Source of the DNA: Gammaproteobacteria bacterium
GTDB lineage: Bacteria > Pseudomonadota > Gammaproteobacteria > GCA-002705445 > GCA-002716945
DNA length: 64,000 nucleotides
NCBI GenBank assembly: GCA_038142325.1
Contig: JAYQJW010000002.1
Span: forward strand, 288,001 to 352,000
Reading direction: 5' to 3'
The translations under genes were made by a program, and so were the position numbers. This document shows positions 45,175-56,233 of the stretch, piece after piece (positions within the stretch are counted from its first letter, which is position 1; every line of letters begins with the position of its first letter). Under the pieces are notes generated by a model. That model ran no database searches. It saw nothing but the letters and a program-made list of their open reading frames with translations, and had not been told where the DNA came from.

Positions 45175-45212
45175 AAATTTCATACCATCTATGTTATGTA
45201 GTACTATTAGGT

Positions 45213-45506
45213 ATGGATAAAAAAACAGAAATTGAGGCGGCTACATTTAGACGTATTATAAAGCACTTGCAAGATAATCCTGAGATTCAAAATATTGATT
45301 TGATGAACTTAGCTGATTTTTGTAGAAATTGTATCTCTAAATGGTATGTATCAGAGTCTTCAAAGTATGATACTGAAATATCTTATGATGAAGCAAGAGA
45401 GCTTGTCTATGGTATGAAATACACTGAATATAAAGATAAGTATCAAAAAGAGGCTACAAAAGAACAATTGGAAAAATTCAATGCAAGCCAAAAAAATAAA
45501 GGCTGA
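45213..45506 (+). CDS. DUF1244 family protein
   Basis: EIEAATFRR...QNIDLMNLADFCRNC. Confidence 0.85.
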   Translation: MDKKTEIEAATFRRIIKHLQDNPEIQNIDLMNLADFCRNCISKWYVSESSKYDTEISYDEARELVYGMKYTEYKDKYQKEATKEQLEKFNASQKNKG

Positions 45507-46248
45507 ACTTCACGATAAAGACCTTTTAAGATATAACAGAAATATTGTTCTACCTGAAATCGATATTGATGGGCAATTAACTTTATCAAACTCAAAAGTT
45601 GCAGTTGTTGGCTTAGGCGGTTTAGGTTGTCCAGCAGCTACATATTTAGCGTCATCAGGTATTGGTGATATTTGTTTGGTTGATTTTGATTCAGTTTCAT
45701 TATCAAATTTGAATCGTCAAGTATTATTTAATGAAAATAATATCTCTGAAGACAAAGTTATCGCAGCAAAAAGAAATCTTAATTTATTAAACTCAGATAC
45801 TAACATTCAAACTATTCCAAAAAAAGTTGATAAGAACTTTGATTATAATTTATTAGATAACTATGACGTTATTATTGATTGTACTGATAACTTTCAAAGT
45901 AGAAGTTATGTAAATGAAATATCATTACATAATAAGATTCCTCTAATTAGTGGTGCTGCAATAAAATTCGAAGGTCAAGTTGCAATTTTTAGAAATGATT
46001 TAACTGACTCGCCATGTTACAGATGTTTATACCCGAATCTACCTCAAGAAGCAGAATCATGCCTGGACTCAGGAATTTTAGGCAGTGTAACTGGGTTAGT
46101 TGGAATGATCCTAGCAACAGAATGCGTAAAATTACTATGCAGTATTGATGATACTCTCAGTAATAAGCTTATGCTTGTAGATTTGAAAAAAAATGAATTT
46201 AGAACTATAAAATTATCTAAAGATGAAAAATGTAAATTCTGTAAATAA
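45481..46248 (+). CDS. moeB: Molybdopterin-synthase adenylyltransferase (MoeB/ThiF family)
   Basis: GLGGLG, SNLNRQ, DCTDNF, PCYRC, C-terminal CxxC; precedes moaA/D/E. Confidence 0.88.
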   Translation: MQAKKIKAELHDKDLLRYNRNIVLPEIDIDGQLTLSNSKVAVVGLGGLGCPAATYLASSGIGDICLVDFDSVSLSNLNRQVLFNENNISEDKVIAAKRNLNLLNSDTNIQTIPKKVDKNFDYNLLDNYDVIIDCTDNFQSRSYVNEISLHNKIPLISGAAIKFEGQVAIFRNDLTDSPCYRCLYPNLPQEAESCLDSGILGSVTGLVGMILATECVKLLCSIDDTLSNKLMLVDLKKNEFRTIKLSKDEKCKFCK

Positions 46249-47248
46249 TACTCTAAAAGATCAGTTATCAAGACGATTTGAATATTTGAGAATTTCAGTT
46301 ACTGACAGATGTAACTTCCGTTGCAGTTACTGTATGCCATCAGATATTTTTAACAAAGATTATAAGTATATCCCACATGACAGAATTCTCTCTTATGAGG
46401 AGATTATAGACATATGTAAATTGTTAAAGAAAGTTGGCTTAAAAAAAATTCGTATTACAGGAGGCGAACCATTACTCAGAAAGAACATTGATAAATTGAT
46501 TTATAAGCTCAAAACCGAAGTTATGATTGACTATATAAGTATTACTACTAATGGCTCTCTTTTAACAAAAGAAAAAATATATCAATTAAAATTATCAGGT
46601 TTAGATTCAATTACTCTAAGTCTTGATACCTTAAATCAAAGTAAAATTAAAAAAATCAATGGAACGAAGATAAATATTAATCTTGCTCAAACTTTAGGGA
46701 ATATTGAAAAATATTTTGGCAGTGTTAAGACTAATACAGTTGTCATAAAAGATGAAAATGATAATGAGATAAAAGATATTGTAGAATTTATGAAAAAATA
46801 TAAATCTGAAGTTAGGTTCATTGAGTATATGGATGTTGGAGAATCCAATGATTGGAACTTAAATAAAGTTATCCCATCAAACGATTTGATCGAGAGACTA
46901 TCTATGGAATATGATCTTGAAGCACAACTTACAGAAGCATCATCCACTGCTACAAAATTTAGAATATCAAATAGTAAAGTTACGCTTGGTTTTATATCGT
47001 CAATTACAAAACCATTTTGTTCTCAATGTAATAGAGCAAGACTATCCGTTGATGGAATGATTTATACATGTTTATTTGCTAATCAAGGTTTTGATATTAA
47101 GAATATCATTCGATCTGATAATCATGAAGAAGCATTCTTAAACTATTTTAATAAAATATGGTCTCAAAGAAATGATCAGTATTCACAAATCAGATTTAGT
47201 AAAAAAACCAAATTACCTAAGGTTGAGATGTCATATATAGGAGGATGA
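46223..47248 (+). CDS. moaA: GTP 3',8-cyclase MoaA
   Basis: RISVTDRCNFRCSYCMP, RITGGEP, FCSQCNR, C-terminal MSYIGG. Confidence 0.95.
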   Translation: MKNVNSVNNTLKDQLSRRFEYLRISVTDRCNFRCSYCMPSDIFNKDYKYIPHDRILSYEEIIDICKLLKKVGLKKIRITGGEPLLRKNIDKLIYKLKTEVMIDYISITTNGSLLTKEKIYQLKLSGLDSITLSLDTLNQSKIKKINGTKININLAQTLGNIEKYFGSVKTNTVVIKDENDNEIKDIVEFMKKYKSEVRFIEYMDVGESNDWNLNKVIPSNDLIERLSMEYDLEAQLTEASSTATKFRISNSKVTLGFISSITKPFCSQCNRARLSVDGMIYTCLFANQGFDIKNIIRSDNHEEAFLNYFNKIWSQRNDQYSQIRFSKKTKLPKVEMSYIGG

Positions 47249-47508
47249 GCTTGAAAATTTTATCTTATTTATTTTATCTTGTTGCAATTCTAGCTGCCTT
47301 TACTGCGAGCTTTGAAATATTAGTTCAGATGTTTCCCGATTATGGCTTATTTCATATGCTGGTTGGATTTATTGGAACAGCTATGTTTTTTCCGTTAGTA
47401 CCCTTATACCCAGCTATATATTATGGAGAGATTATTTATTTAGTTATATGTTACTTGAGTATTTTGTTTGGTGTAATTTTAGGAAATAAAGCCAGAATGA
47501 GTAAATAA
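47245..47508 (+). CDS. Small membrane hypothetical protein
   Basis: 87-aa ORF with three hydrophobic segments, ATGA overlap with moaA. Confidence 0.55.
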   Translation: MSLKILSYLFYLVAILAAFTASFEILVQMFPDYGLFHMLVGFIGTAMFFPLVPLYPAIYYGEIIYLVICYLSILFGVILGNKARMSK

Positions 47509-47563
47509 ACTAAGCACATAAATTTGAACTTAAAGCAACATAAATGTATTATTCACAAGTAAA

Positions 47564-47797
47564 ATGATAATTGTAGTAAAATACTTTGCAAGTATCAGTG
47601 ATGCAGTTGGGAAGACATCTGAAAAACTAACGTTTCAGCAAAAAAAAACAGCTGGTGAAGTTTGGTCAGACGTTTCAAAAGATATTAAATACAATGGGAA
47701 AATAATGATTGCTGTTAATCATGAATATGTAAGCGAGAATCACTCACTAAAAGATAATGATGAAATTGCATTCTTCCCTCCAGTTACAGGCGGTTAA
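47564..47797 (+). CDS. moaD: Molybdopterin synthase sulfur carrier
   Basis: VKYFA, AVN, DEIAFFPPVTGG. Confidence 0.93.
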   Translation: MIIVVKYFASISDAVGKTSEKLTFQQKKTAGEVWSDVSKDIKYNGKIMIAVNHEYVSENHSLKDNDEIAFFPPVTGG

Positions 47798-47799
47798 AT

Positions 47800-48261
47800 A
47801 TGTACATTGAAATTATTAACGAAGAGTTTGATCCATGGCAAAAACTTGTTGAATATAAAAGAGCACAATTAAAAGATAAGAATAATATTGGAGCGTGCAG
47901 TGTTTTTCTTGGAACGATGAGAGACATCAATTCTGGAGATGAAATTAAGTCTATGGAACTACAGCATTATCCAGATATGACTGAATTATATCTTGAAAAG
48001 ATTGTTGAAAACGCCACTAAAAAATTCAAAATAATCGATTCGATTGTCTTGCATAGAGTAGGCTTAGTAAGTCCATCGGATCCTATTGTTTTAGTTGCTA
48101 CTTGGTCAGAACATAGACAAGATGCCTTTGATGCTACTAGAGAGATAATGGAGTCACTAAAAAGTGAAGCTCCTTTTTGGAAAAAGGAATCTACAAACAA
48201 AGGCTTCAGATGGGTTGAACCTGAGCAAGAAAATTCTGAGGATATGAATGAAATCCAATAA
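47800..48261 (+). CDS. moaE: Molybdopterin synthase catalytic subunit
   Basis: [31 protein letters not shown]. Confidence 0.95.
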   Translation: MYIEIINEEFDPWQKLVEYKRAQLKDKNNIGACSVFLGTMRDINSGDEIKSMELQHYPDMTELYLEKIVENATKKFKIIDSIVLHRVGLVSPSDPIVLVATWSEHRQDAFDATREIMESLKSEAPFWKKESTNKGFRWVEPEQENSEDMNEIQ

Positions 48262-49444
48262 AGTTGTTCTTGCTTATTCTGGAGGACTTGACACATCAGT
48301 AATAGCTAAATGGCTCATGGAACACTATGACCTTGAGGTGGTAACCTTTACTGCTGACATAGGGCAAGGTGAAGAAACCAAAGATGCTCGTCTCAAAGCA
48401 AAAAAACTAGGTATTAAAAAAGTATATATTGAAGATTTAAGGGATGACTTTGTGAAAAACTATGTCTATCCAATGTTCAGAGCTAACGCAATTTATGAAG
48501 GTGAATACTTTTTAGGAACCTCAATTGCTAGACCTTTAATTAGTAAAAGATTAGTAGAAATTGCGAAGAAAGAAAAAGCTGATTACATTTGTCACGGTGC
48601 TACAGGTAAAGGCAATGATCAAGTAAGATTTGAATTAGCTGCATATGCACTTAATCCAAAAATCAAAGTAATTGCTCCATGGAGAGAATGGGATTTTGTT
48701 TCAAGATCAGATCTGATGAAATATGCAAAGAAACATCAAATTGCTGTTGATTTTGATAAAGGTAAAAAGAGTCCGTATTCAATGGACGCTAATATACTTC
48801 ATACTTCCTATGAAGGAGGTATACTCGAAGATCCCTGGAGAAAGCCTGAAGAATCCATGTGGCTAAGAACTAAATCATTAGAAAAAAGCAAGTCTAGGCC
48901 ACAAGTAGTTGAGTTGACATTCTACAATGGTGATATTACAGCTATTAACAATAGAAAAATGAAGCCATCAAAAATATTACACGAGTTAAATATGTTGGCC
49001 GGTAATCATGGGATAGGAAGAGATGATATTGTTGAGAATAGATATGTAGGTATTAAATCTAGAGGTTGTTATGAAACACCTGGTGGAACTATTTATTTTA
49101 AAGCTCATAAAGCAATAGAGTCTATAACTCTTGATAGAGAATTACTTCATCTTAAAGAGGATTTAACCAACAGATATTCTAGATTGGTATACAACGGATA
49201 TTGGTTTTCTCCTGAAAGAGAATCTATACAACATTTAATTGATAAATCTCAAAACAAAGTCTCAGGTGTTGTAAGAGTAAAATTATATAAAGGAAATGTA
49301 ATTATAGAGGGAAGAAAATCGCCTCACTCATTATACTCTGAGGACCTATCAACTTTTGAAAATGACTCAGGCGCCTATGACCAGAAAGATGCGGAAGGAT
49401 TCATTAAAATTAATTCTCTAAGATTAAAGACCAGATTAAAGTAA
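48248..49444 (+). CDS. argG: Argininosuccinate synthase
   Basis: [33 protein letters not shown]. Confidence 0.97.
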   Translation: MKSNKVVLAYSGGLDTSVIAKWLMEHYDLEVVTFTADIGQGEETKDARLKAKKLGIKKVYIEDLRDDFVKNYVYPMFRANAIYEGEYFLGTSIARPLISKRLVEIAKKEKADYICHGATGKGNDQVRFELAAYALNPKIKVIAPWREWDFVSRSDLMKYAKKHQIAVDFDKGKKSPYSMDANILHTSYEGGILEDPWRKPEESMWLRTKSLEKSKSRPQVVELTFYNGDITAINNRKMKPSKILHELNMLAGNHGIGRDDIVENRYVGIKSRGCYETPGGTIYFKAHKAIESITLDRELLHLKEDLTNRYSRLVYNGYWFSPERESIQHLIDKSQNKVSGVVRVKLYKGNVIIEGRKSPHSLYSEDLSTFENDSGAYDQKDAEGFIKINSLRLKTRLK

Positions 49445-50143
49445 CTACCTTTTGTACTCGTGAATTTCAGCTTTAAACCTTAATTCATTTAGTCTATATT
49501 GCTCAATTCTAACAGGTAGATAATTTCTTTCTTGCGCATACCATGTGATTGTACTTCTTTTACTTCCCTCTATTTCTTTTCTGATAATTACAGTATCAAT
49601 TTCACCAAGGACACTATCAATTTTTGTTTTACCAATTATGCTAAATGTATAAACCCTTTCTCTACCTTTGTCGCTGACCTTGACCTTTTTCAGCGAATGT
49701 CCAAATATTTGTGCAACCAGTCTATCTATCTTTACTTCTTTGGCATGATTTATACTTTTTTTATCAGCAAAAGTTATAAGCATGTTTTTTATTCTTTGAC
49801 TAGTTATAATTGAGACTTCATTTGACTTAGATCTTTTGTAATTATAATCGACAGTCATTAAATCAAATTCTTTATTAGTATTTTCATTTTGAGAGGATGA
49901 GTTGTACTTAAAACAACTTTTCTCCTCTCTAACATCTTTTTTTAATGAAAAGATACCTATAGTTTTACTTTCAGTATTTATACACCAAATATCCAGTTCA
50001 CTATTGTAAGTCATTTTATGGTTCGACTTTGCAAAGTTCAAACCGCTTTTCTTAAATATATAGGTAGCCTCATATTCCACTGGACTTGATAAAGTCATGG
50101 TAGATGCTGTTAATATTAAAAAAAATGTATTAAGATTTTTCAT
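49445..50143 (-). CDS. DUF3108-like exported protein
   Basis: Signal peptide; RSTITWYA..RNYLPVRIEQ; conserved position after purN. Confidence 0.6.
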   Translation of the reverse strand: MKNLNTFFLILTASTMTLSSPVEYEATYIFKKSGLNFAKSNHKMTYNSELDIWCINTESKTIGIFSLKKDVREEKSCFKYNSSSQNENTNKEFDLMTVDYNYKRSKSNEVSIITSQRIKNMLITFADKKSINHAKEVKIDRLVAQIFGHSLKKVKVSDKGRERVYTFSIIGKTKIDSVLGEIDTVIIRKEIEGSKRSTITWYAQERNYLPVRIEQYRLNELRFKAEIHEYKR

Positions 50144-50784
50144 TATATACTCAGCTCATCAACAAGATAAGTGATGGGAGAATAAATATTCTTATCATTG
50201 AACCGAATGATATTATTTTTTACAGAAACTAAATCATCAGCTATCCATTTAACAACAATAGGATATATCTTATGTTCAACTTTATGAGTTAAATCTTCAA
50301 GCTCTTTGATAGATAATTTTTTTCTGATTTTAAACTTTCCTTGAAGTATAATTGGACCACCATCAAGTGTAGTATTAACATAGTGTATAGTTACTCCGTG
50401 GTACAAATCATTATTTTTTAACACTTTCTCATAAGTATTTAGTCCAGGATATTTAGGTAATAGAGATGGATGAATATTAATTATCTTATCAACATACTTA
50501 TTTACAATGTCATCTGGAAGTATTTTCATATAACCAGCTAAAATTATCAAATCAGGTTTATATTTTGACAAAAACTTTCTCAAGTTAGAGTTTAATTCTT
50601 CCTGATCATTTATTGTCACTTCAATATCATTATCACTACATATATCTATACCTTTTGCACTAGAATTATTTGTAAAGGCTGCGATATATTTTAATTTTCC
50701 ATTCAATGAACCCTGCTTATTAATAAGATTTTTTATATTTGAACCTTTTCCAGAGAAAAGCAAAACACATTTTTTAGTCAACAT
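50143..50784 (-). CDS. purN: Phosphoribosylglycinamide formyltransferase
   Basis: SGKGSN, LAGYMKIL, INIHPSLLPKYPG, LDGGPII. Confidence 0.95.
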   Translation of the reverse strand: MLTKKCVLLFSGKGSNIKNLINKQGSLNGKLKYIAAFTNNSSAKGIDICSDNDIEVTINDQEELNSNLRKFLSKYKPDLIILAGYMKILPDDIVNKYVDKIINIHPSLLPKYPGLNTYEKVLKNNDLYHGVTIHYVNTTLDGGPIILQGKFKIRKKLSIKELEDLTHKVEHKIYPIVVKWIADDLVSVKNNIIRFNDKNIYSPITYLVDELSI

Positions 50785-51814
50785 AAATAATTTTTTTATG
50801 AGAGGGAGATTTTATAATATGACCAATTATTTTATATGGGCATCTATTAGTTTTGAATATTTTATGCGCTTTATCGAGACTATCTTTATTTATAACTGCA
50901 ATCATTCCAATTCCACAGTTAAATGTTTTGAGCATTTCCTCATCCGAGATATTAGCTTGCTCTTGAATATAATTAAAAATGCTAGGTATTTTAAGTTTGT
51001 TGAGCTCAATGCATGCCGCATGTCCAGAAGGTATAATTCTAGGAAGATTTTCAGTAATACCTCCACCTGTGATGTGCGCTAAACCATTTATATTTATTTT
51101 TCTCAATAATAGGTCAATAATTTGAACATATAGCTTTGTTGGTTTAATGATTAGGCTCCCTATAGTTCTTCCATTAAAAAGTTTATTAAGCTTCAATCTT
51201 TTTTCATCAATGAGTTTATTAATTAATGAGTAACCATTAGAGTGAAATCCACTCGAAGATATACCTAAAATAATATTCCCACTTCTTATTTTATTTGGTG
51301 TTAAAATTTTTCTTCTAGATACTATACCCACACAAAATCCTGCTAAATCATAATCATTATTATGATACATCCCAGGCATCTCAGCTGTTTCTCCACCTAT
51401 TAAACACATGTTACTTTTTTTGCATGCCCTCTTGATACTATTCAAAACAGTTGAGTGCACTTTATGATTAATCTTACTAGTTGCTAAATAATCAAGAAAA
51501 AACAGTGGTTTTGCACCACTGGTAATCACGTCATTTACACACATGGCTACAAGATCTTGACCAATGTACCTATGATTTTTTAAAATTTTAGCGATTTTTA
51601 GTTTTGTTCCAACGCCATCAGTCCCTGAAACTATTACAGGATCATCTATATTTTTGTCTATTTTGTACAAGCTTGAAAATCCGCCTATCTGGGACAGCAC
51701 GTTCTTATCTTTATTTTGCTTACCTTTCTTAATCGTAGCGATAAGTTTATCTGCTCTATCAATACTTACGCCTGACTTTTGATAATTAATTTTGCTTTTA
51801 AGCTTGCTCTTCAT
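50774..51814 (-). CDS. purM: Phosphoribosylformylglycinamidine cyclo-ligase
   Basis: GTDGVGTK, AMCVND, GGETAEMPG, HSNGYSL, AHITGGG, TFNCGIG. Confidence 0.96.
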   Translation of the reverse strand: MKSKLKSKINYQKSGVSIDRADKLIATIKKGKQNKDKNVLSQIGGFSSLYKIDKNIDDPVIVSGTDGVGTKLKIAKILKNHRYIGQDLVAMCVNDVITSGAKPLFFLDYLATSKINHKVHSTVLNSIKRACKKSNMCLIGGETAEMPGMYHNNDYDLAGFCVGIVSRRKILTPNKIRSGNIILGISSSGFHSNGYSLINKLIDEKRLKLNKLFNGRTIGSLIIKPTKLYVQIIDLLLRKININGLAHITGGGITENLPRIIPSGHAACIELNKLKIPSIFNYIQEQANISDEEMLKTFNCGIGMIAVINKDSLDKAHKIFKTNRCPYKIIGHIIKSPSHKKIIYVD

Positions 51815-51866
51815 TGTGTTAGGTAGGATATAATTATATCTCAAACAATTTATTATAGATACTTAT

Positions 51867-52556
51867 ATGGTACAAGAGCTTATATATAACCAAATTCCAA
51901 TAGATTTTGAATTCTTGAAAAAGAAGACATTTGATAATTTTATTATTGGAAATAATGAAAAACTATTTCATGAGTTAGCTGATGTTAGTAACAGTAATCA
52001 AATCATATTAATTTATGGACAAAAGTCATCTGGTAAAACTCATATTTGTAATGCTCTTCTCAACGAATCTAATGCATTTAATTTATTTATTAACATTGAA
52101 GTTAATTTAGACCTAATAAATCCATCTGATTCATATGATTTGCTGGTGATAGATGATCTTGATCAACTAATCAGCAAACCGATATTTGAAGAGAAATTAT
52201 TTACTATATTAAATAATCAGATTCTCAATAAAATGCCTGCAGTCATAACCTCTTCTAGAGATATCAGTGAATGTAGCTTTACTTTGAAAGATTTATCTTC
52301 AAGACTTCTATCAGATAAGATATTTACAATAAATGAGTTATCTGATTCTGAAAAAATTAAAATGATGATTTCTTTAAGTTCACAAAGAGGTCTGGTGATT
52401 CCAGAAAAATCTCTTAATTATATTATCAATAACTGCAATAGAGATTTTTTTTTTTTATGTGCTTTTATTAGAAATTTGGATGATGTTTCTTTATCTGAAA
52501 AAAAAAGAATTACAATTCCATTTATAAAAAAGGTGATTGATTTGATTAGTCATTAG
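51867..52556 (+). CDS. hda: DnaA regulatory inactivator Hda
   Basis: N-terminal clamp motif QIPIDF, TFDNF, GKTH, DLSSRL, RITIPFIK. Confidence 0.85.
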   Translation: MVQELIYNQIPIDFEFLKKKTFDNFIIGNNEKLFHELADVSNSNQIILIYGQKSSGKTHICNALLNESNAFNLFINIEVNLDLINPSDSYDLLVIDDLDQLISKPIFEEKLFTILNNQILNKMPAVITSSRDISECSFTLKDLSSRLLSDKIFTINELSDSEKIKMMISLSSQRGLVIPEKSLNYIINNCNRDFFFLCAFIRNLDDVSLSEKKRITIPFIKKVIDLISH

Positions 52557-53115
52557 GGGATAGCTTGCGAACAATTTCAGCAAATCTTTTACCATAAGAA
52601 AGACAAATAGTTTTTTCTTCATCACTTAGTTCGATTGCTTCATTAAGAGAAAGATGAGTCGGACCGTATGGCGAACCTCCAGTTTTAGTTTTTGATAAGG
52701 TTTTTTCGCTATATGGCACTCCAGCGATAATCATGCCATGATGAATTAGTGGCACCATCATAGTTAGCAAAGTGGATTCTTGGCCACCATGCATACTTGA
52801 TGACGAAGTAAAGACTCCACCAAGCTTATTTTCAAGCGTTCCATTGAACCATTCTTGCGTAGTATTATCTAAAAATGCTTTAAGTGGTGAGGCCATGTTT
52901 CCAAAGTGTGTAGGACTTCCAATAATCATGCCAGAACATCTTTCTAAGTCATCTTTAGATACTATGATATCATCAGAATCTTTATATATATAAGAATCAA
53001 CTGTTCTAACTGTTGAAGTAATACCATCGACAGATTCTATACCCCTGGCGATTGACCTTGCCATTTTTTTGGTTGAATCATTTTTAGAGTAATATACTAT
53101 TAGTACATCTTTCAT
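52546..53115 (-). CDS. wrbA: NAD(P)H:quinone oxidoreductase WrbA
   Basis: GSPTHFGNM, SSSMHGGQESTL, TGGSPYG. Confidence 0.92.
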   Translation of the reverse strand: MKDVLIVYYSKNDSTKKMARSIARGIESVDGITSTVRTVDSYIYKDSDDIIVSKDDLERCSGMIIGSPTHFGNMASPLKAFLDNTTQEWFNGTLENKLGGVFTSSSSMHGGQESTLLTMMVPLIHHGMIIAGVPYSEKTLSKTKTGGSPYGPTHLSLNEAIELSDEEKTICLSYGKRFAEIVRKLSPND

Positions 53116-53133
53116 GTTATTAGGATACCTTTT

Positions 53134-53535
53134 ATGAGATATAAAAAGAATAGCTTAAAACTATTTTCATTATTATTAATCTCATCTCTTATTTCGTGCT
53201 CATCAAACATTCAAGATATTGAAGGCACAACACGATTTTCCACAATTGAATCAGATTCTAATTCATATAAATATCATGAGGTGAATTATGGCGACACATT
53301 ATGGTCTATTTCTGATAGATACTATCGTAATCCACTTTTATGGCCAGACATTTATAAGAAGAATCAAGAAAAAATTTATGATGCAGATTTGATTTTGCCA
53401 GGTCAAAGGCTCATAATAAATAAGCAAATTTCACCTAATGACAATAGAAAAGCAATCGGTCATGCAAAATCGAGAGGTTTATGGGTCGTAGGATATCGTG
53501 AGGAGTCAGATATAAATTTTTTGGAGAATAACTGA
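53134..53535 (+). CDS. LysM-domain lipoprotein
   Basis: Lipobox LISC; V..GDTLWSIS..YY.NPLLWP.IY..N...DADLILPGQ. Confidence 0.85.
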   Translation: MRYKKNSLKLFSLLLISSLISCSSNIQDIEGTTRFSTIESDSNSYKYHEVNYGDTLWSISDRYYRNPLLWPDIYKKNQEKIYDADLILPGQRLIINKQISPNDNRKAIGHAKSRGLWVVGYREESDINFLENN

Positions 53536-53840
53536 TGAGAATATTTTTACTTTTAACTGTCTTTTTTGCTTTTGCTTCATTTACATCACTTAATGCTAAC
53601 GAACTTAATCAAGAAACTTCTGCTAAAATAATTAAACAAGCTGAGACAAGTTATAAAAAAGTTCTGAGGGTGAAAAATGCTTGGAGAGATACCAATAAAA
53701 TTATAAAGCAAGCCAAGAAAGCGCATAAAGCAAAAGATTATGAAAAATCAGTGATGCTTGCCAAGAAAGCTCTTAATGAAGCTAATATGGCTTACGAACA
53801 ATATGACAAGCAAAAAGATAAATACAGGTTTTTAGATTAA
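53535..53840 (+). CDS. Exported helical protein, SoxXA-binding (SoxK)/DUF4398-like
   Basis: Signal peptide; AWRDTNKIIKQA...DYEKSVMLAKKA. Confidence 0.55.
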   Translation: MRIFLLLTVFFAFASFTSLNANELNQETSAKIIKQAETSYKKVLRVKNAWRDTNKIIKQAKKAHKAKDYEKSVMLAKKALNEANMAYEQYDKQKDKYRFLD

Positions 53841-55095
53841 TTTTCAAATATCTTATCGATTGAGTCTCAAGCTGATTGAGCTTTTTTAGAATCACCTCTC
53901 TTTTTTTGAAAGTAATAGATTCAGAATCCGCCTCTGCTCTTCCGATTATTAAAAATTTTGTAATTCCTATTAATTCCCAATCATGAAGTTTGGATCCGAG
54001 CTTACTATTTCTGTCATCAAGTAAAATATCAAAGCCTTTATCAACAAGGTCACTATAAACTTTGTTTGATAGCTTTCTAACTTTCTCATTTTTATGGCCA
54101 TCAATTTCGATAATTACTACATGAAAAGGTGAAATATTCTCTGGCCATATGATTCCCTTATCATCATGATTTTGTTCAATGGCAGCTGCGATGATTCTTG
54201 ATACTCCGATACCATAGCAACCCATCTGAATATATTGATTTTTATTATCAGAGTCTGGAATCATAAGACTCATTGATTTGCTATATTTATCCCCTAGTTT
54301 GAATATGTGGCCTACTTCTATACCTTTTTTATGAACAAGATTATATTTTTCTATAATTTTTTTTATATCATCGCTTTGATATTTTTCTTTTGCAATTTCA
54401 AAATTAATACCTATACCATTTTCATCAATTAATAAATCATCTTCACCAGTATCTGCAATTACATGAAACTCATTTGATTTACTTCCACCAATGTTTCCAC
54501 TATCAGCATCAACCATTGTGTATTCAAGCCCTAGTCGCTTGAATATCTTATTGTATGTAGCCTTATATATTTCATACCATTCATCTAGGCTAGCTAAGTC
54601 TAGATGAAAAGAATATGCATCTTTCATGATAAACTCCCTTGCCCTCATTATGCCGAATCTAGGTCTTATTTCGTCTCTAAACTTTGAGGATATTTGATAC
54701 AAGTTGAGAGGAAGCTGTTTATAACTATTCAAGTTCTTTCTTACAAGGTCAGTGATAACCTCTTCAAAAGTTGGCCCAACACAATATTCACGGTCATGCC
54801 TATCTTTTAGTCTTAATAATTCTGGACCATAGTCATCCCATCTTTCTGACTCTTGCCATAATTCCGATGGTTGTATTGATGGCATGAGAATTTCTGCTGC
54901 ACCAATGCTGTTAATTTCATATCTAATTATATTTTCAATATTTTTGAGAACTTTTAGCCCTAATGGAAGAAAATTATACTGACCAGATGACTGTTGTCGG
55001 ATAAGCCCAGCTTTTATCATTAGTTTATGACTGACAATTTCAGCATCAGAAGGTTCATTTTTTTGTGTAAATAATGGAAATGTTGATGCTTTCAT
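53782..55095 (-). CDS. proS: Proline--tRNA ligase, short form without editing domain (extreme C-terminus probably frameshifted)
   Basis: SHKLMIKAG, LWQESERW, KFRDEIRPRFG, MKDAYSF, GIEVGHIF, MGCYGIGVSR. Confidence 0.95.
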   Translation of the reverse strand: MKASTFPLFTQKNEPSDAEIVSHKLMIKAGLIRQQSSGQYNFLPLGLKVLKNIENIIRYEINSIGAAEILMPSIQPSELWQESERWDDYGPELLRLKDRHDREYCVGPTFEEVITDLVRKNLNSYKQLPLNLYQISSKFRDEIRPRFGIMRAREFIMKDAYSFHLDLASLDEWYEIYKATYNKIFKRLGLEYTMVDADSGNIGGSKSNEFHVIADTGEDDLLIDENGIGINFEIAKEKYQSDDIKKIIEKYNLVHKKGIEVGHIFKLGDKYSKSMSLMIPDSDNKNQYIQMGCYGIGVSRIIAAAIEQNHDDKGIIWPENISPFHVVIIEIDGHKNEKVRKLSNKVYSDLVDKGFDILLDDRNSKLGSKLHDWELIGITKFLIIGRAEADSESITFKKREVILKKLNQLETQSIRYLKINLKTCIYLFACHIVRKPY

Positions 55096-55178
55096 TTTAA
55101 ATAACTAAAAGGTTTATTTGTTTAAGTTTAACATGATTGTATGTATCATATATATCAAATAATTTTGAACAATAGTTA

Positions 55179-56233
55179 ATGATCAAATACTTAAAACAAT
55201 GGTATGATGCAAATTTCACAGATCCTAATCAGGTCTCCCTTGCTTTAATATTAATATTTTCAATTTTTATCACTTATATACTAATTCAAACAATATCTCC
55301 TATTTTGGTAGCAATAGTTTTGGCATATATGTTAGAGGGTCTTGTTCAAAATTTAATGAAAACTACAAACATAATGAGAAATATATCTGTCATCATTGTT
55401 TTTTTCATTTTCTTAGTGGTTAGTGTTCTTACATTATTCATGCTTATACCTCTGTTATTAGATCAACTAACATTATTTGTAAAATCATTGCCAGAAATAT
55501 TCGATAAAAGCAAAAACCTTATTCTAGGAATGTATGATAAAAATGAATATATTCCAAAAGATTATATTGATAAAATTTTCCTAGGTCTTCAGGGCGAGAC
55601 GTCAAAATTAGGAAATTCTATTTTTGCATTCTCTCTGGCATCTGCAGGCGGACTATTTGCTATAATAGTTTATACAATTCTCGTACCCATCATGATATTT
55701 TTTATGCTCTTTGATAAAGAATCAATAAATGGCTGGATAGCAAAATTCTTTCCACAAAAACTAGAGCTTACTCAAAAAGCTTATACTGAATTAAATTTAA
55801 AAATTGGCAATTATATACGATGCAAGTTCATCGAAATTGTAATTGTCTGGTAGCATCGTTTATATTGTTCGTTCTTTTGGATCTTAACTATTCATTATTA
55901 TTGAGCTTCTTGTGTGGTGTTTCTGTAATAATTCCATACGTAGGCATGATAGCTGTAACAATTCCAATAATTCTAGTTAGTTATTTTCAATGGGGCATTG
56001 CTCCTGAGTTTTGGTATGTACTTATAGGTCATTTGTTGATTCAGGCTATTGATGGAAATGTTGTTGTTCCAATTTTATTTTCGGATGCTGTAAACATTCA
56101 TCCGTTTGCTATATTATTATCCATACTATTTTTTGGTTCTGTTTGGGGTATTTGGGGCGTATTTTTTGCTATACCTCTCGCAGTACTCATTAATACAATA
56201 TTGAATGTATGGCCTAGAGTGACTACAACATGA
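55179..56233 (+). CDS. AI-2E/PerM family transporter (frameshift near 55850)
   Basis: PILVAIVLAYML, IGNYIRCK, IPYVG, DGNVVVPILF, WGIWGVFFAIPLA. Confidence 0.85.
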
